In this document: piece by piece, positions 12,560 to 24,155 of the stretch
How the letters are laid out: the number at the start of each line of letters is the position of its first letter
Numbering within the stretch: position 1 is the stretch's first letter
Assembly (NCBI RefSeq): GCF_018350175.1
Contig: NC_058368.1
Coordinates: 159,714,001 to 159,778,000 of the forward strand
Reading direction: 5' to 3'
From: Felis catus
Lineage: Eukaryota
Length of the DNA: 64,000 bases
Program-made: the position numbers and the translations under genes
The notes under the pieces: generated by a model
Database searches by the model: none
What the model was told of the DNA's origin: nothing
The model's input: the letters and a program-made list of their open reading frames with translations, nothing else

Positions 12560-12960
12560 TGTTTAATAGTGATTGTTTAACAATAGCAATAAAATTGGAA
12601 ACTAACTCTCAAAAATTAGGACATTCAGGAAATAACATTTTGTTTCTGCAGTGAATTATTAACATCTATTTCAAAGAATCATGAAGAAGAACATTAAAAT
12701 CATGTGAAAGAATTTTAGGAATATTTCATTAAGTGGGAAAATCAAGTGACAAAATCCTTTCCGACGTGATTTCATTTTTTGCAAAATATACATGTATGTG
12801 TATGCATGCATATACATGCTCATGTGTGTATATATGTACATAAATAATCATAATGAAGGATATTATCAAAATGTCAAGGGTAGTCATCTTTAGATGGAAG
12901 GATTATAAGAATTTTTTTTCCTGTTCTCTGTGTTTTCTGATTTGTCTACAACGAGAATAT
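12560..12960 (+). mobile_element. Very old L1 (L1ME-type) 3' fragment
   Basis: 'aatagcaataaaattggaaac...ttaagtgggaaaatcaagt...gtcatctttagatggaaggattataag' resembles an L1ME 3' end. Confidence 0.5.
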
Positions 12961-13163
12961 AACACTTTTGCAGGTAGACTATTTCAAAAAAATTCTGCTC
13001 TTACTTCTACATTTTCTTAATATTATAGTAATTAAAATGAGCAGTAAAGCAGACATTAAATTGTGTTTTTTAACTGTCTCAACCTTTCCTACTTGCTTCC
13101 TTCCTATCACAGACTCAGAACATTCCCTAATGAGTCAGGCAGCCCTGATTATGCTAACTCTGT

Positions 13164-13254
13164 AAAAAATAATAATAATAATAAATAATAAATATATAAT
13201 AACAAATAATAAATATATGTGTGCATATATATTACATATATGTATATATAATAA

Positions 13255-13285
<31 letters not shown>

Positions 13286-13316
13286 TATAATATATATATA
13301 TGTAATATATATATAG
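13164..13316. repeat. (TAA)n/(TA)n/(TG)n low-complexity tract
   Basis: Directly visible. Confidence 0.9.
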
Positions 13317-13677
13317 AAAGATCAACTCTTCCAGTATCAGAGGTGAAGCATGTAGGAGTTTAAAAATATTCCAGGAGTCTCAAAATTCAAAAGGTCAAAT
13401 TTTCTTGCTGCTAACTTTTAATGTGCCCTGTCCCAGGCATTGCCACACCCAGGCATTGCTGATGGATTGAAGAAACCATCTGTACAGTGTAGATGGCACT
13501 GCCTGTGTCTGATTAGTTGCAAATGACAAAATCCACATGGTTAAATAAATCAGGAAAATGGTAACCAAGGCACAGATGTTTATAATCTTCCTGTGCAGTC
13601 CTATAAACACAATCTGTCAGGAAAACAATGCCTGCTGGACTGTTTCTCACATTCACACACTCAAGTAATTTTCTAAA

Positions 13678-13850
13678 AACTATTTATTGAGCATTTACTA
13701 TGCGCCAAGTCCTATGCTTAACACTGAAGTTCATTTTCTCATTTAATCCTCATAAGACCTCTGAAAACAGGATACTCTTATTTTCACTTTATACATTTTA
13801 TAGGAAATTACAGCTCAGAATGTTGGGTAACCCGTCCAGGGTCAGACACA
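13678..13850 (-). mobile_element. MIR
   Basis: 'tatttattgagcatttactatgcgccaag...ctcatttaatcctcataa...aggaaattacagctcaga'. Confidence 0.75.
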
Positions 13851-15124
13851 AAACACATAATAATAAACACTTAATGAACAAGATTACAGGGTTTTATTGC
13901 AGGCTTATGTGTCTGTTTATTTAGAACCATATTTGGTTTTAAAAAAAAAACTTTTCCTCTGCAAACAACCAACAAAATATGACATGATAACTAGTTGTAA
14001 AACAAACAAGTGACTGGGTGTAAAAATTGTATTCTAGAAAACCCCACGTATGTATATTTATTTGGTTCAATTCTTACATAATTGCCAATTGCTTATAAAA
14101 AGGCAACAGATTTTATTTAAAGCATAAAAATTTTAGCACTGTTTTTAAAAGCAGCTTTGGATACAATTTGACAAAACTGTAATGAAAAACACTAAGGGGA
14201 CAATAAAATAACTTTTTAGTTTTACTAAGTAAGGAAAATTGTTTTGATGAGCTAAAAAGACTATTTTAATTAGAAATCATATGACAACAGCAAAATCACC
14301 CAAAACCATTTCTTTTAGATGATTCAGTGTATCTCCCACCTTTTCAAAAAAACAAAATTCTATCATGTTGATGATTCTTAGAGAAGACATTACTCCTATA
14401 CTTCCGTCACTGCTATATTCTTGCTGATTGTTGGTTCTCACTGCCAAAGCTCAAAGCCCTTTTTCTTCCACCTTGGCCTTCCATCTCTGACCTTTCAAGT
14501 CTTCCTGAAATCAAATTGTCAAATCCTGTTTTCTCCTTACAGAGCATCTCCTAATCCTTCTAATGTAATTTCAACTGACAGGACTGAGCTACAATGTTCA
14601 ATAATATATCTGCAGATGAAAAGAAGGGTGGCCCGAGGGGTTCTCCAAGGAAGTTTCCAATTGGACAAACCAAAGCAGAGAAGGCCTATGCCTGTCCCCA
14701 CCCCTGGGTGTGTGAGTCACAATTGCTAGCCATTTGCATCCATGACTTGTTCCTGGACTCCAGTGTTGGGTGCTCAGGCTTCCCACTATTAGGGAAGCAG
14801 ATTATTTTTATTAGTAATGATATTCTCATTATGTGCCAGGCACCTTGCCAAGTGCTGTTATATGTCTTTATAGGACTTATCTAATTATACTATATATCTT
14901 TCTGCTTTCTGCATCCAGGGAGATTAGCTTATTCAGTGGCCTAAATCATGATTAAGAACAAAAACAGGACTTTGTTTTCATCTCTTCCTCATTGTTTCAC
15001 CAGTAAACTTTTAACTGAACACCTGCTATGTGTTAAGAACTGCATTAAGTATAGATCTAATCTTTAGGAATGACAATGAAGCAGAAACATACAAATAAAT
15101 ACTATAATGTAAATATATTAAAAA

Positions 15125-15360
15125 TATATATATAATTCATATTCCAAAAATTCATCTTTTAAAAATGTACAACTCAGTGATTTTTGAGTATATTCACAAT
15201 GTGCAACCATCTAATTCTAGAACATTTTCATCATCCCCAAATTAAACTGTTATCTATTAGCAATCATTCTCCATCCCCTTGCCTCTGGAAACTACTAATC
15301 TACTTTCTGTCTCTATGGATTTGCTTATTATGGACATTTCAAATAAATGGAATCATATTT
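15125..15360 (-). mobile_element. L1MB-type 3' fragment
   Basis: 'tgtacaactcagtgattttt...ctagaacattttcatcatccc...ctaatctactttctgtctctatggatttgc...aaatggaatcata'. Confidence 0.8.
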
Positions 15361-16301
15361 AAAAAAGGAGAGATCGGAAAGGAAAGAAATATGTAGAAAG
15401 AAATCATATTTATGAAATGGGGATTGCCTGAGTAAATTAGCTAAAAGCATCTTCTACCTTTTTTAGCTTGCTCCTTTATTAGAGTTCTATAATGGGGTGG
15501 CCTACAAAAGAATTTTTATCACCTTGAGTCAGTCATCTTGCAACAGAGCCGTCTAGAAAGATCTGAATCACAAATATGTGCCAAATTACTCTCACATTCA
15601 GTCCAGTATTTAACACCCTGCCTCTCAGCTCTTTCTTTGGCCAACGTTAACTGTCACTCACAGATAAATTATGTTTTTGACAAATAGTTATGGATATATA
15701 TATATGATCATGTACATAGGAAACAACAAGGAGAAAATTGTATATGAGTTATGATCCCATATTGAAACAAAAATAAAAACCCACTAGATAAACACATATA
15801 TGCAAATAAAAATATTAGGAAAAATGTGATACAGTATAGGATAATTGGATATTTTGTTTTTCTCTATATTATGCATATCAATAAATATAACCATTTAGGA
15901 GTTTTATAATCAGAAAAAGTAAACATTTTTATACATATTAAAACCAAAAGAAGAATGATATAAATGTCTGCTTGGTATAATATATCTCTCTCTAATTATT
16001 GTTTTATTGAGTTTACCAATGAAACAGTTTATGATTTTAAGTAGTATGTTTATATTATTTCAAATATTTTTTTTAATCCAAAAGAAAACAAGAACAAATA
16101 GGTTTTCTTTAAGTAGAAGTTCCTAACTGTAAACACATTCTATTCACTATCTTGTCATCAGACTTGAATTCACACAAAATGGTCTCTTACTAACTACCTA
16201 TTAGAGAGGAAAAGAGGAGAAAGTTGACTGGCTACTCAGGTCCCTTTTTGAAGATTACCATTCCCTTCAAAGTTCTTCATCTTCCTTGAGGAGAAATTTA
16301 G

Positions 16302-16304
<3 letters not shown>

Positions 16305-16336
<32 letters not shown>
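16305..16336. repeat. (CA)n microsatellite
   Basis: Directly visible. Confidence 0.95.
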
Positions 16337-16339
<3 letters not shown>

Positions 16340-16384
16340 GAATTTATATATTTTTTAAAACTTCCTTTAAAATATAAAAAGTGC

Positions 16385-16580
16385 TGGAGCTGGTGATGAG
16401 AACAGGGAATGACTAGAAATGGGCACATGAAACCTGTTTGGAGTGATGGAAATATTTTAGAACTTGATTGTTGTGATGGTCACATAACTCTATAAACTGA
16501 GTAATAATCATTTGTACTGTACACTTACAATAAGTGATTTTTATACCTCAATAAAGCTTACAAAATAAAAAATAAAAATG
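16385..16580 (+). mobile_element. L1MB/MC-type 3' end
   Basis: 'ggagtgatggaaatattttagaacttgattgttgtgatggt...tgtacactta...tatacctcaataaagc' followed by an A-rich tail. Confidence 0.8.
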
Positions 16581-16684
16581 TATAATTGCATTAGATATAG
16601 GAAAAAATATTATAGCATAATAAAATGTTTAAGGAACCCTAAAAGCAATTAAGGAATCCAGATTGTATTGAAAGCCATATTAGA

Positions 16685-16853
16685 CAGGCTCAGCTTCATG
16701 ATTGGGAAGGCCCAGTGCAAAATAAAAATCCAGCACCATTGTTTAAAAATTACTAAGAATTTCAAGACGGCGACATTAAACCAAGTATTGGGCTCTTCTA
16801 AGTGCTAGGCCCTAGGGGACTGCATAGATAACATGCCCCTGAAAACAGCTGTG
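16685..16853 (-). mobile_element. MER45A-like hAT-Tip100 element
   Basis: 'ggcccagtgcaaaataaaaat...aagaatttcaagacggcgac...attaaaccaag' matches the reverse complement of the MER45A interior as recalled. Confidence 0.75.
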
Positions 16854-17423
16854 AAGACTGGAGAAAACAGGCTGAAACATGGAAAGGAGAAGAATTCTAT
16901 GGAGTTGGAATGGTGCTCCAAATGAAGAGTAAATAGATCCAAAAAGTGGATAGGACTTGGTGGTGATCACCAGGAGAGCTGGAGAAGACACATGTAGCAA
17001 CATGGTAGGTCAGCACCCTCTTCCACTTCTGCTTATGCTGAGCAATAGTTGAGAAATAAGAGAAACATTTATTTCTGGACTAAAGCATTGAATGCAGGAA
17101 ATGGTTTGCAGAGGCAGAGGAAAGCCCCAGGTTCATGGTATTTACCAAGAGCAAGAGGAACTCACAAACTGAAGACATATTCCCTGCACTTTGCACCCTA
17201 GAGGCACAAACTAACCCTCTTATACGATAACTGGAGGGAAGTTGCTCTAATCAGAAACTTCGTACACAAATGGGAAAATAGGAAGTTTAAATACCAGTGT
17301 GAAATGAACAAGCAATAATCATAACATTTCCAAAAACCAAACAGTGAAAGGAAGAAACTCTGAAAACCGAAAAATGATAATCTGTGAAAAAAAATAGAAA
17401 ACATTTAAAAATCAGCTTAATTT

Positions 17424-17654
17424 GGGGCACCTGAGTGGCTTGGTCGGTTAAGCATCCGACTTCAGCTCAGGTCATGATTTCACGGTCCGTGAGTTCGAGC
17501 CCTGCGTCAGACTCTGTGCTGACAGCTCAGAGCCTGGAGCCTGTTTCAGATTCTGTGTCTCCCTCTCTCTCTGACCCTCCCCCGTTCATGTTCTGTCTCT
17601 CTCTGTCTCAAAAATAAATAAACGTTAAAAAAATTTTTTTAATTAAAAAAAAAT
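17424..17654 (+). mobile_element. CAN-SINE
   Basis: ggggcacctgagtggct head, B box gagttcgagccc; perfect flanking repeat taaaaatcagcttaat (17406-17421 and 17654-17669). Confidence 0.97.
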
Positions 17655-17813
17655 AAAAATCAGCTTAATAAACCTTTGAAAATAAATGTCAGGGATGATC
17701 CTAGCTAAAAATATAAGCAAAATAGGTGTTGATGGAATAAAAACATTCGTAGTTCTTGTTTTTTAAAACCATAGACAATGGCTTACCTGCTCAGTCTATT
17801 CAAGGGATGTTTT

Positions 17814-18015
17814 GTGGGTGCCTGGGTGACTCAGTCAGTTGAGCATCAGACTCTGGTTTCCACTCAGGTCATGATCTCAGGATCTTGGGATTGAGCCCCG
17901 CATCAGACTCCATGGAATCTGCTTGAGATTCTCTCTCTTTCTCTCTCTGTCTCTCTCATCCTCTGCCTCTCTCCCCCACTCATGTCTCTATCTCTAAAAA
18001 AAAAAAAAAAAGATA
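17814..18015 (+). mobile_element. Older pan-carnivore-type CAN-SINE
   Basis: gggtgcctgggtgactcagtcagttgagc head, CT tract, A tail; shared flank gatgttttg. Confidence 0.9.
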
Positions 18016-18029
18016 AAAAGATGTTTTGA

Positions 18030-19260
18030 TGGATGCTTCTACTTTTAATATATTTTAATTTCTCAATCTTATCCTTTATAGTTAGTGATTTTTGCAGTTG
18101 TGTTTAAGAAATCTTTGATTCATCTATGGGGCACCTGGTTAGGTCAGTGGGTTGAACGTCAGACTCTTGATTTCAGCTCAGGTCATGATCTCAGGGTCGT
18201 GGGATAGAACCAGCCCCATGTGGGGCTCCACGCTGAGCTTGGAGCCTGCTTGAGATTATCTCCTCTCTCCCTTTGCCCCTCTCTCCTGTTCACTCTCTCT
18301 CTGTCTAAAATAAAGTAAAATAAATATTAAAAAAAAAAGGTATCTTTGATTATCCTGAGGTCAAAAAGGTACTCCCATATGTTATCTTGTAAATGCCCTG
18401 TTTCTTGCCTTTCACATTTATAATGACAATCCATCTGGAATTGCTTTGTGTGCTGAGTAGGGTGAGAAAAGGGGAGGTTGTCAAGTTCCTGCCCCCACTG
18501 AGTGCAGACACTGAATACACCCGCACCATTAATTGAAAGAACTGTTCTTTCCCCACTGCTCTGCAGTGCTGGCTGTATCACAGATCATCCACGTAGGAGT
18601 TTCCTCCTGGGTTTTCATTTATACTTTGTACAATATCGGTGTCTTAATTGTTCTAACTTCATATTAAAGCTTGATATTCAGTAGTTTGTATCTCTCAACT
18701 TTGTCATTCTTAAAAATTGTCTTGGCTCTTTTGGGCCCTCTGATTCTCCATATAAATTTTAGAATCAGCTGTTTAATTTCCACAAAGATAAAACACTGAG
18801 CTTTCGAGTGGAAAGGCAATGAATCTATAGATCCATTTAGGGAAAACTGATATCTTTAAAATGTTGAAACTTTTCATCAGTGAACATCCCTCCATTTATT
18901 TAAGTCTATGATTGTCTCAATAATGTTTCCAGTTCTCTTTTTTGAGGATTTGCCTAAGTACTTGAAACTTTTGATGCTATTTATAAAGGGCGTTTAAATT
19001 GTTTTTTAATTTTTTTTTAATTTTATAGTCTTTGTTAGTTAGAAATAAAATTGGTTGTTTTTATACTGACCATATCTGTAGACTCCTGGGATTTCTACAT
19101 GAAGAAATGTATCACCTACTAATAATGACAATTTTATTTATTATTTTCCAATCATACTTTCTTTTTTAAACCTTATGGCTCTGGCAAGAACTATAGTATG
19201 AAGTTGAATAGAAGTGGTGAGTGCAAGAATTCTTGTCTCATTTCTAATCCCAAAAGTTTT
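18030..19260 (-). mobile_element. Old L1 ORF2 fragment, interrupted by a SINE
   Basis: 'ttggctcttttgggccctctgattctccatataaattttagaatcagct' and 'tgaagttgaatagaagtggtgagtg' are antisense L1 ORF2; no intact frame. Confidence 0.8.
18128..18338 (+). mobile_element. Older CAN-SINE nested in the L1
   Basis: ggggcacctggttaggtcagtgggttgaacgtc head; flanks share atctttgatt. Confidence 0.9.
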
Positions 19261-20054
19261 ATAGGGTATGGCTAAGTCAACTTCAGTAAATTATATTATA
19301 TGGCTTTCCAAAGTAGTTTTATGATTTTGTACTTCTAATGGCAGTGCAATATTTCCAGTGGGGATACTAAGCATCTATGTGTATTTAGACTTTTAATAGT
19401 CTGTTTTAATATTTCTCCATTCTCCCTTCCATTTTAAAATTAAGCCCCTGGAAGAAAAACAAAACCATTACAGAGATTTGCTTCTGAGCATAAAGTGAGA
19501 ATGGAGAGGTTTGAGGAGAGGGGTGGGGTTGGACAGAAAGCAGGATCCAGAAGGAGGTATCTGGTTCACTCCATATTCTCCAATATTGTTACATTCTTTA
19601 TATCTCTAATATATTCTTGTGTGTTGTTTTTATTTCCAAGGAAAAGAAATTGGGAAAAAAGATAGAAAGGTAAAATAAAAAATAGGACTTTAAATGAACA
19701 AACTTGAAAACATTAAAATTACTTAAGTGTACATGAGCAAAAATGCATTTTTATCTTTACTTGACAGGATCTTGGCTGATGACACAAAAAGAAAACCAAA
19801 TGCAGGTATGTACTCCACAAATCCGGGTATAATTGCATCCTCCCACAGCCCTCCCAGTCTGAGGCTTTCCTTCACACCCCAGAGAGAGACTTGGGTCAGG
19901 ATAAGATACGAGGACACATCTTCACAAACTTACACTTCATTTGAAGTTTTTTATTTTAGCTTTTCTACAAATTATTTGGATATTTAGATACAGGTTTTAG
20001 AACATTAAGTAAGTATATGGATCTGAATATTTGGGTTTTTTTTAACTGATTTTC

Positions 20055-20289
20055 AGGGTGCTTGGGTGGCTCAGTTGGTTAAGTACATGACTTTTGGTTT
20101 TGGCTCAGGTCATGACCTCATGTTTCATGTGTTTGAGCCCCACATCAGGCTCTGGGCTGACAGCACAGAGCCTGCTTGGGATTCTCTCTCTCCCTTTCTC
20201 TCTGCCCCTCCCTCACTCATGCACGCACGTGTGCATGCTCTTTCTCTTAAATAAATAAACTTAAAAAATAAAAAATATAAAAAATAAAA
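20055..20289 (+). mobile_element. CAN-SINE
   Basis: Head, CT tract and tail; TSD aactgattttc at 20044-20054 and 20290-20300. Confidence 0.96.
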
Positions 20290-20939
20290 AACTGATTTTC
20301 TTCCCAACTAAAACTTCATAGTGATTTTTCACTCCTAAAAAAACCACATTTATATTTCTTTTCCTACATATTTTGAAAAATGAAACTAGTGAGACTCTGG
20401 AAACCAGAGAGTATTTAATCTTGAAAACTACACTTAAACATAATTATATTCAGATCTCCTCCACATTTTTACCTGCTTTGAAGCTCTCTACCACAGCACA
20501 AACAATTTATTGGAGGATATTGGAGAGCTTATCGGCTGACATGCTGTTAATTCTATTTTGTCAGTATTGCTTTCATTAGTGCAACAGAAAGAAAATTGCA
20601 TGATATTCCCCTTTTTAAGTTCAATTCTTATTACAAGTTTTGTGTACTTCTCTCTTCCTTGGCAAAAAAAAAATTTCTTTTAAAGAATGCCAAGTTCTTA
20701 TGTGAACCTAAATGCAATGGTGATGAAAATAGCATTTGAGTGGGTTCTTAGACTCCTCATCTGAACAACTGGATAGAAGACTGGCCTTTCAGTGCAAGAG
20801 GACAGTGAGCATGTCCTTTAAATGTGGTCCTCTCTCTAAGCCATCCCTTTTTATGAAGGATGAGCTATTGAGTTATTGTTCGATTTCTAAATGACTCCAC
20901 ATTGTATAAAAACAGAGCATGTCATTTCATGCACACATT

Positions 20940-21112
20940 GAAGAGAGAACTCAACTGGGCAGCAGAAGACCTGGTTTTAATCTCTGTTGGTTTGTACGAA
21001 TCAGCTAGATGATTTGGGGCAAGATGCAACTTCTTGAGGCCTGATGTCTCACCTGGAAATGAGGCATTTGTATTTGATGATGACTAAAAGCCATTCCAGG
21101 TCTAACAGTCTA
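20940..21112 (+). mobile_element. MIR/MIR3 fragment
   Basis: 'cagaagacctggttttaatc...atttggggcaag...ctcacctggaaatgagg...ccattccaggtctaacagtctatg'. Confidence 0.6.
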
Positions 21113-21519
21113 TGTAAGCTTAGGAAGAGAAAACTAGTCTAGTAATTTCTTAATGATGCAGCTTTAAGTTGTATTAGAGGGAGAAATAGGTGGTTATAAA
21201 ATTTTTATTTATATTCAGAACTGAATCAAACAGGCGAGAACGTTGGAAAGTAGCAGTGATGCATTGTGATACCTTTTGTTGAAAGAAACCATTTGAGTGT
21301 GCTTTCCCTCCTCACTCCTGGGCTTCCTACACAACTTTCAGTTTCTAGAAATAAGGGGAGGAACACAGTATTTAGCAATTGATTTCAGACTGGGCCTGGA
21401 AAACCCTAGAATTCTATGTAGCCCTTCAGAGAACTTGCAAACATTTGATCTGAATTTCACTTTTCAAAGTAAACATTATATATTTTATATACAAACATGT
21501 ATATCTTTATTTTACAGTT

Positions 21520-21900
21520 TGTTTATTTAACAAATATTCATGGAGTGCATATTATATGTCCAGAAGAATCCTCAAGTCTCAGAATTCAGGAATGAACAGA
21601 AACAGTCAAAAATCCTTGCCCTCCATTAAATTTATATTCCAGTCATGGTAGAAAAAAAAATAAAAAAGAAACAAAAAAGGTAAATTATATAACATACTAA
21701 AATTGTATAAGGGTAACAAAGGGAAATTAAGCAGGAGCTACAGAATCAGTCAGGAGATTAGAATACATCTGTCTGAGAAGACGTGGTTTAATAAAGACTT
21801 CAAGGGAGCGGAGAGGCAGCCAGACGATAGCAGATGCGAAGGCCCTAAGATTGGAGGGAAATCGAAAGAGAAGAAGCCAGAGGAACAGAGGCCTGTAGGC
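21520..21900 (-). mobile_element. L2 3' fragment
   Basis: 'ttatttaacaaatattcatggagtgc' L2 tail; 'tccttgccctcc', 'gcgaaggccctaag'. Confidence 0.65.
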
Positions 21901-22394
21901 CATCACAGATCTCTGGCTTTTAACACAATGAAAAACTTTACACCCTTGATCAGTGCTATGTGGTCCAGTACTTTTATGTGAAGCTCATTTGTATTCTCTT
22001 CATGCACATTGGAATATGGTACTGAACAAGAATATTTTATTTCTAACCTAATCTTGTTCAAAATCAGGCCTGTACCAGTCCACTCGAACAAAAACTATAT
22101 ACATTTTTATGACAACAAATGTGGTTAAATTTAAGTTACATGCCAGGCAAGACTTAGGTACATCTGTTTATGTCACTTTTCCAACAACAAGCAAATCCAT
22201 AACATATTGGTAATGTTAAATTGTGATTAGCTCTAACCATCACTTTAGGTTTAAATGACTTCTAATCAGACTTCTACTTATTGATTAAGAATACAAGCAA
22301 TTTTTAAATATTGTTGTTCCATGCAACTCAAAATTTAAAAAATTCCATTTACATTCTCTCAGGCTTCCAGAGAAGGTTATTAAAAACATCTTGA

Positions 22395-22582
22395 GGGGCA
22401 CCTGGGTGGCTCAGTCAGTTAAGCATCCTACTTCAGCTCAGATCATGATCTCACTGTCCCTGAGTTCAAGTCCTGGGTCGGGCTCTGTGCCGACAGCTCA
22501 GAGCCTGGAGCCTGCTTCAGATTCTGTCCCCCTCTCTCTCTGCCCCTCCCCCTACTCATTCTCTCTCTCTCTCTCTCTCTCT

Positions 22583-22620
<38 letters not shown>

Positions 22621-22644
22621 CAAAAATAAATAAACATTAAAAAA
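22395..22644 (+). mobile_element. CAN-SINE with expanded (CT)n
   Basis: ggggcacctgggtggctcagtcagttaagc head; flanks share atcttgag. Confidence 0.96.
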
Positions 22645-23057
22645 ATCTTGAGACTTCACAATAAGCTGCTATGTTTTACAAAATTGGTATTTTTTTCTAC
22701 TGAACAATCAAACAGAATCCAACTGGAAGTTGGGTGTTGAAACTTACATGACTGCAAATACCATCCAGAGACCCCAATATCAAGTCATTACATTCATTAA
22801 AACAGGCTCATACATCTCACAAACTGAATTAATAATAAGCAAATGCTATACATTTGAAATTACAAAATAAATTTATGTTAATAAAATTGCCCCTTTGGTT
22901 AATCTATGTAATTTTTACAGAGTTGGTGCCTAGTGAGAAATGGATGGAAGGTGATTCTGTAGAAATTGCAAGTGCAAGCAAGTAAGAGAGTGTATTCTCT
23001 TAAGTCTTCATTATTCACCACCCCCCCATTGTAAGTAGAAAAATGAGTTTTGCATTT

Positions 23058-23059
<2 letters not shown>

Positions 23060-23097
<38 letters not shown>
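23060..23097. repeat. (TG)n microsatellite
   Basis: Directly visible. Confidence 0.95.
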
Positions 23098-23098
<1 letters not shown>

Positions 23099-23099
23099 T

Positions 23100-24155
23100 C
23101 CATCCTTGATGAAGCCATTCATGCTAAATCATTTGGTGAAAGTTTGCTGGAAAACAGAATATTCTTATTATTTATATGATACCAAAGAATTACCTCATAA
23201 GTTAGTTAATTTCTAAAAGGATAAAGAGTGCCTTTGTGAAAGAGAGCTTTCATAAACTACTTTAGCCAAGTGATTAGTGTTTGTGGCTCCAGAGCTGATG
23301 AAATGGGAAGTATACAATGCCACCTATGTAGTATTGTCAACATTTCTAGAATCTAATCATGAGGAAACAGCCAGTAAAATCCAAACTGTGAGACATTCAA
23401 AGACAACTGGACTACACTCTTCAACATGTTTCTGTCATAAAAGACAAAAATTGTTTCCAAATTAAGGAAGACTGAAAATATATCACAACTAAATGTAAAA
23501 CATGAACCTTGATTGGATTTTTTAAAAAACTATGAAGGATATTTAAAGAACAATTAAAATTTTTAATATGTGCTATTAGATATTATTGTATATTATACCA
23601 CTTTTTAAATTCTTGAGAGTGAAAATGGCATTGTGATAACGTAGGAAAATGTCTTTATTCTTGGGTGGTAAATACTGAGGTATTTAGAGGAGAAGTAACA
23701 TGATGTTATACTTTATTTTCAAGTGGCTCTGGGTGGCTGAGTCGGTTAAGTGTCCAACTTTGGGTCAGGTGATGATATCACGGTTTGTGAGTTCGAGTCC
23801 TGTGTCAGGCTCTGTGCTGAAAGCTCAGAGCCTGGATCCTGCTTTAGATTCTGTGTCTCCCCCACTCACATTCTCTCTCAAAAATAAATAAACATTAAAA
23901 AAAATTTTAAATCAAGTGGCTAAAAGGAAAAAAAGAAACTGGAAAGGATATATATTTACATAGATACATAGATACATAGATAGAAGGTAGATAGATAATA
24001 AAGAGCACACAAATGTTATAAAATTTAACCATTTGTGAATATCAGTGAATGTATTTATTTATGTGTATTTACATATGAGTGTATGTGTATGTGGGTGTTC
24101 ATTGTGTTATTCTTTCAACATTTCTTCAGGCTTGCAATTTTTCAAAACAAAAGGT
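23100..24155 (+). mobile_element. L1MC-type 3' UTR fragment, interrupted by a SINE
   Basis: 'aatctaatcatgaggaaaca...aatccaaactgtgagacattc...acaactaaatgtaa', ending 'ttgcaatttttcaaaacaaaa'. Confidence 0.75.
23729..23911 (+). mobile_element. CAN-SINE (slightly 5'-truncated)
   Basis: TSD tcaagtggct at 23719-23728 and 23912-23921. Confidence 0.94.

Noticed and set aside
14421..14884. Overlapping 96-102 aa ORFs
   Set aside because: No recognisable domain or coherent splice structure; the end runs into a MIR-like fragment.
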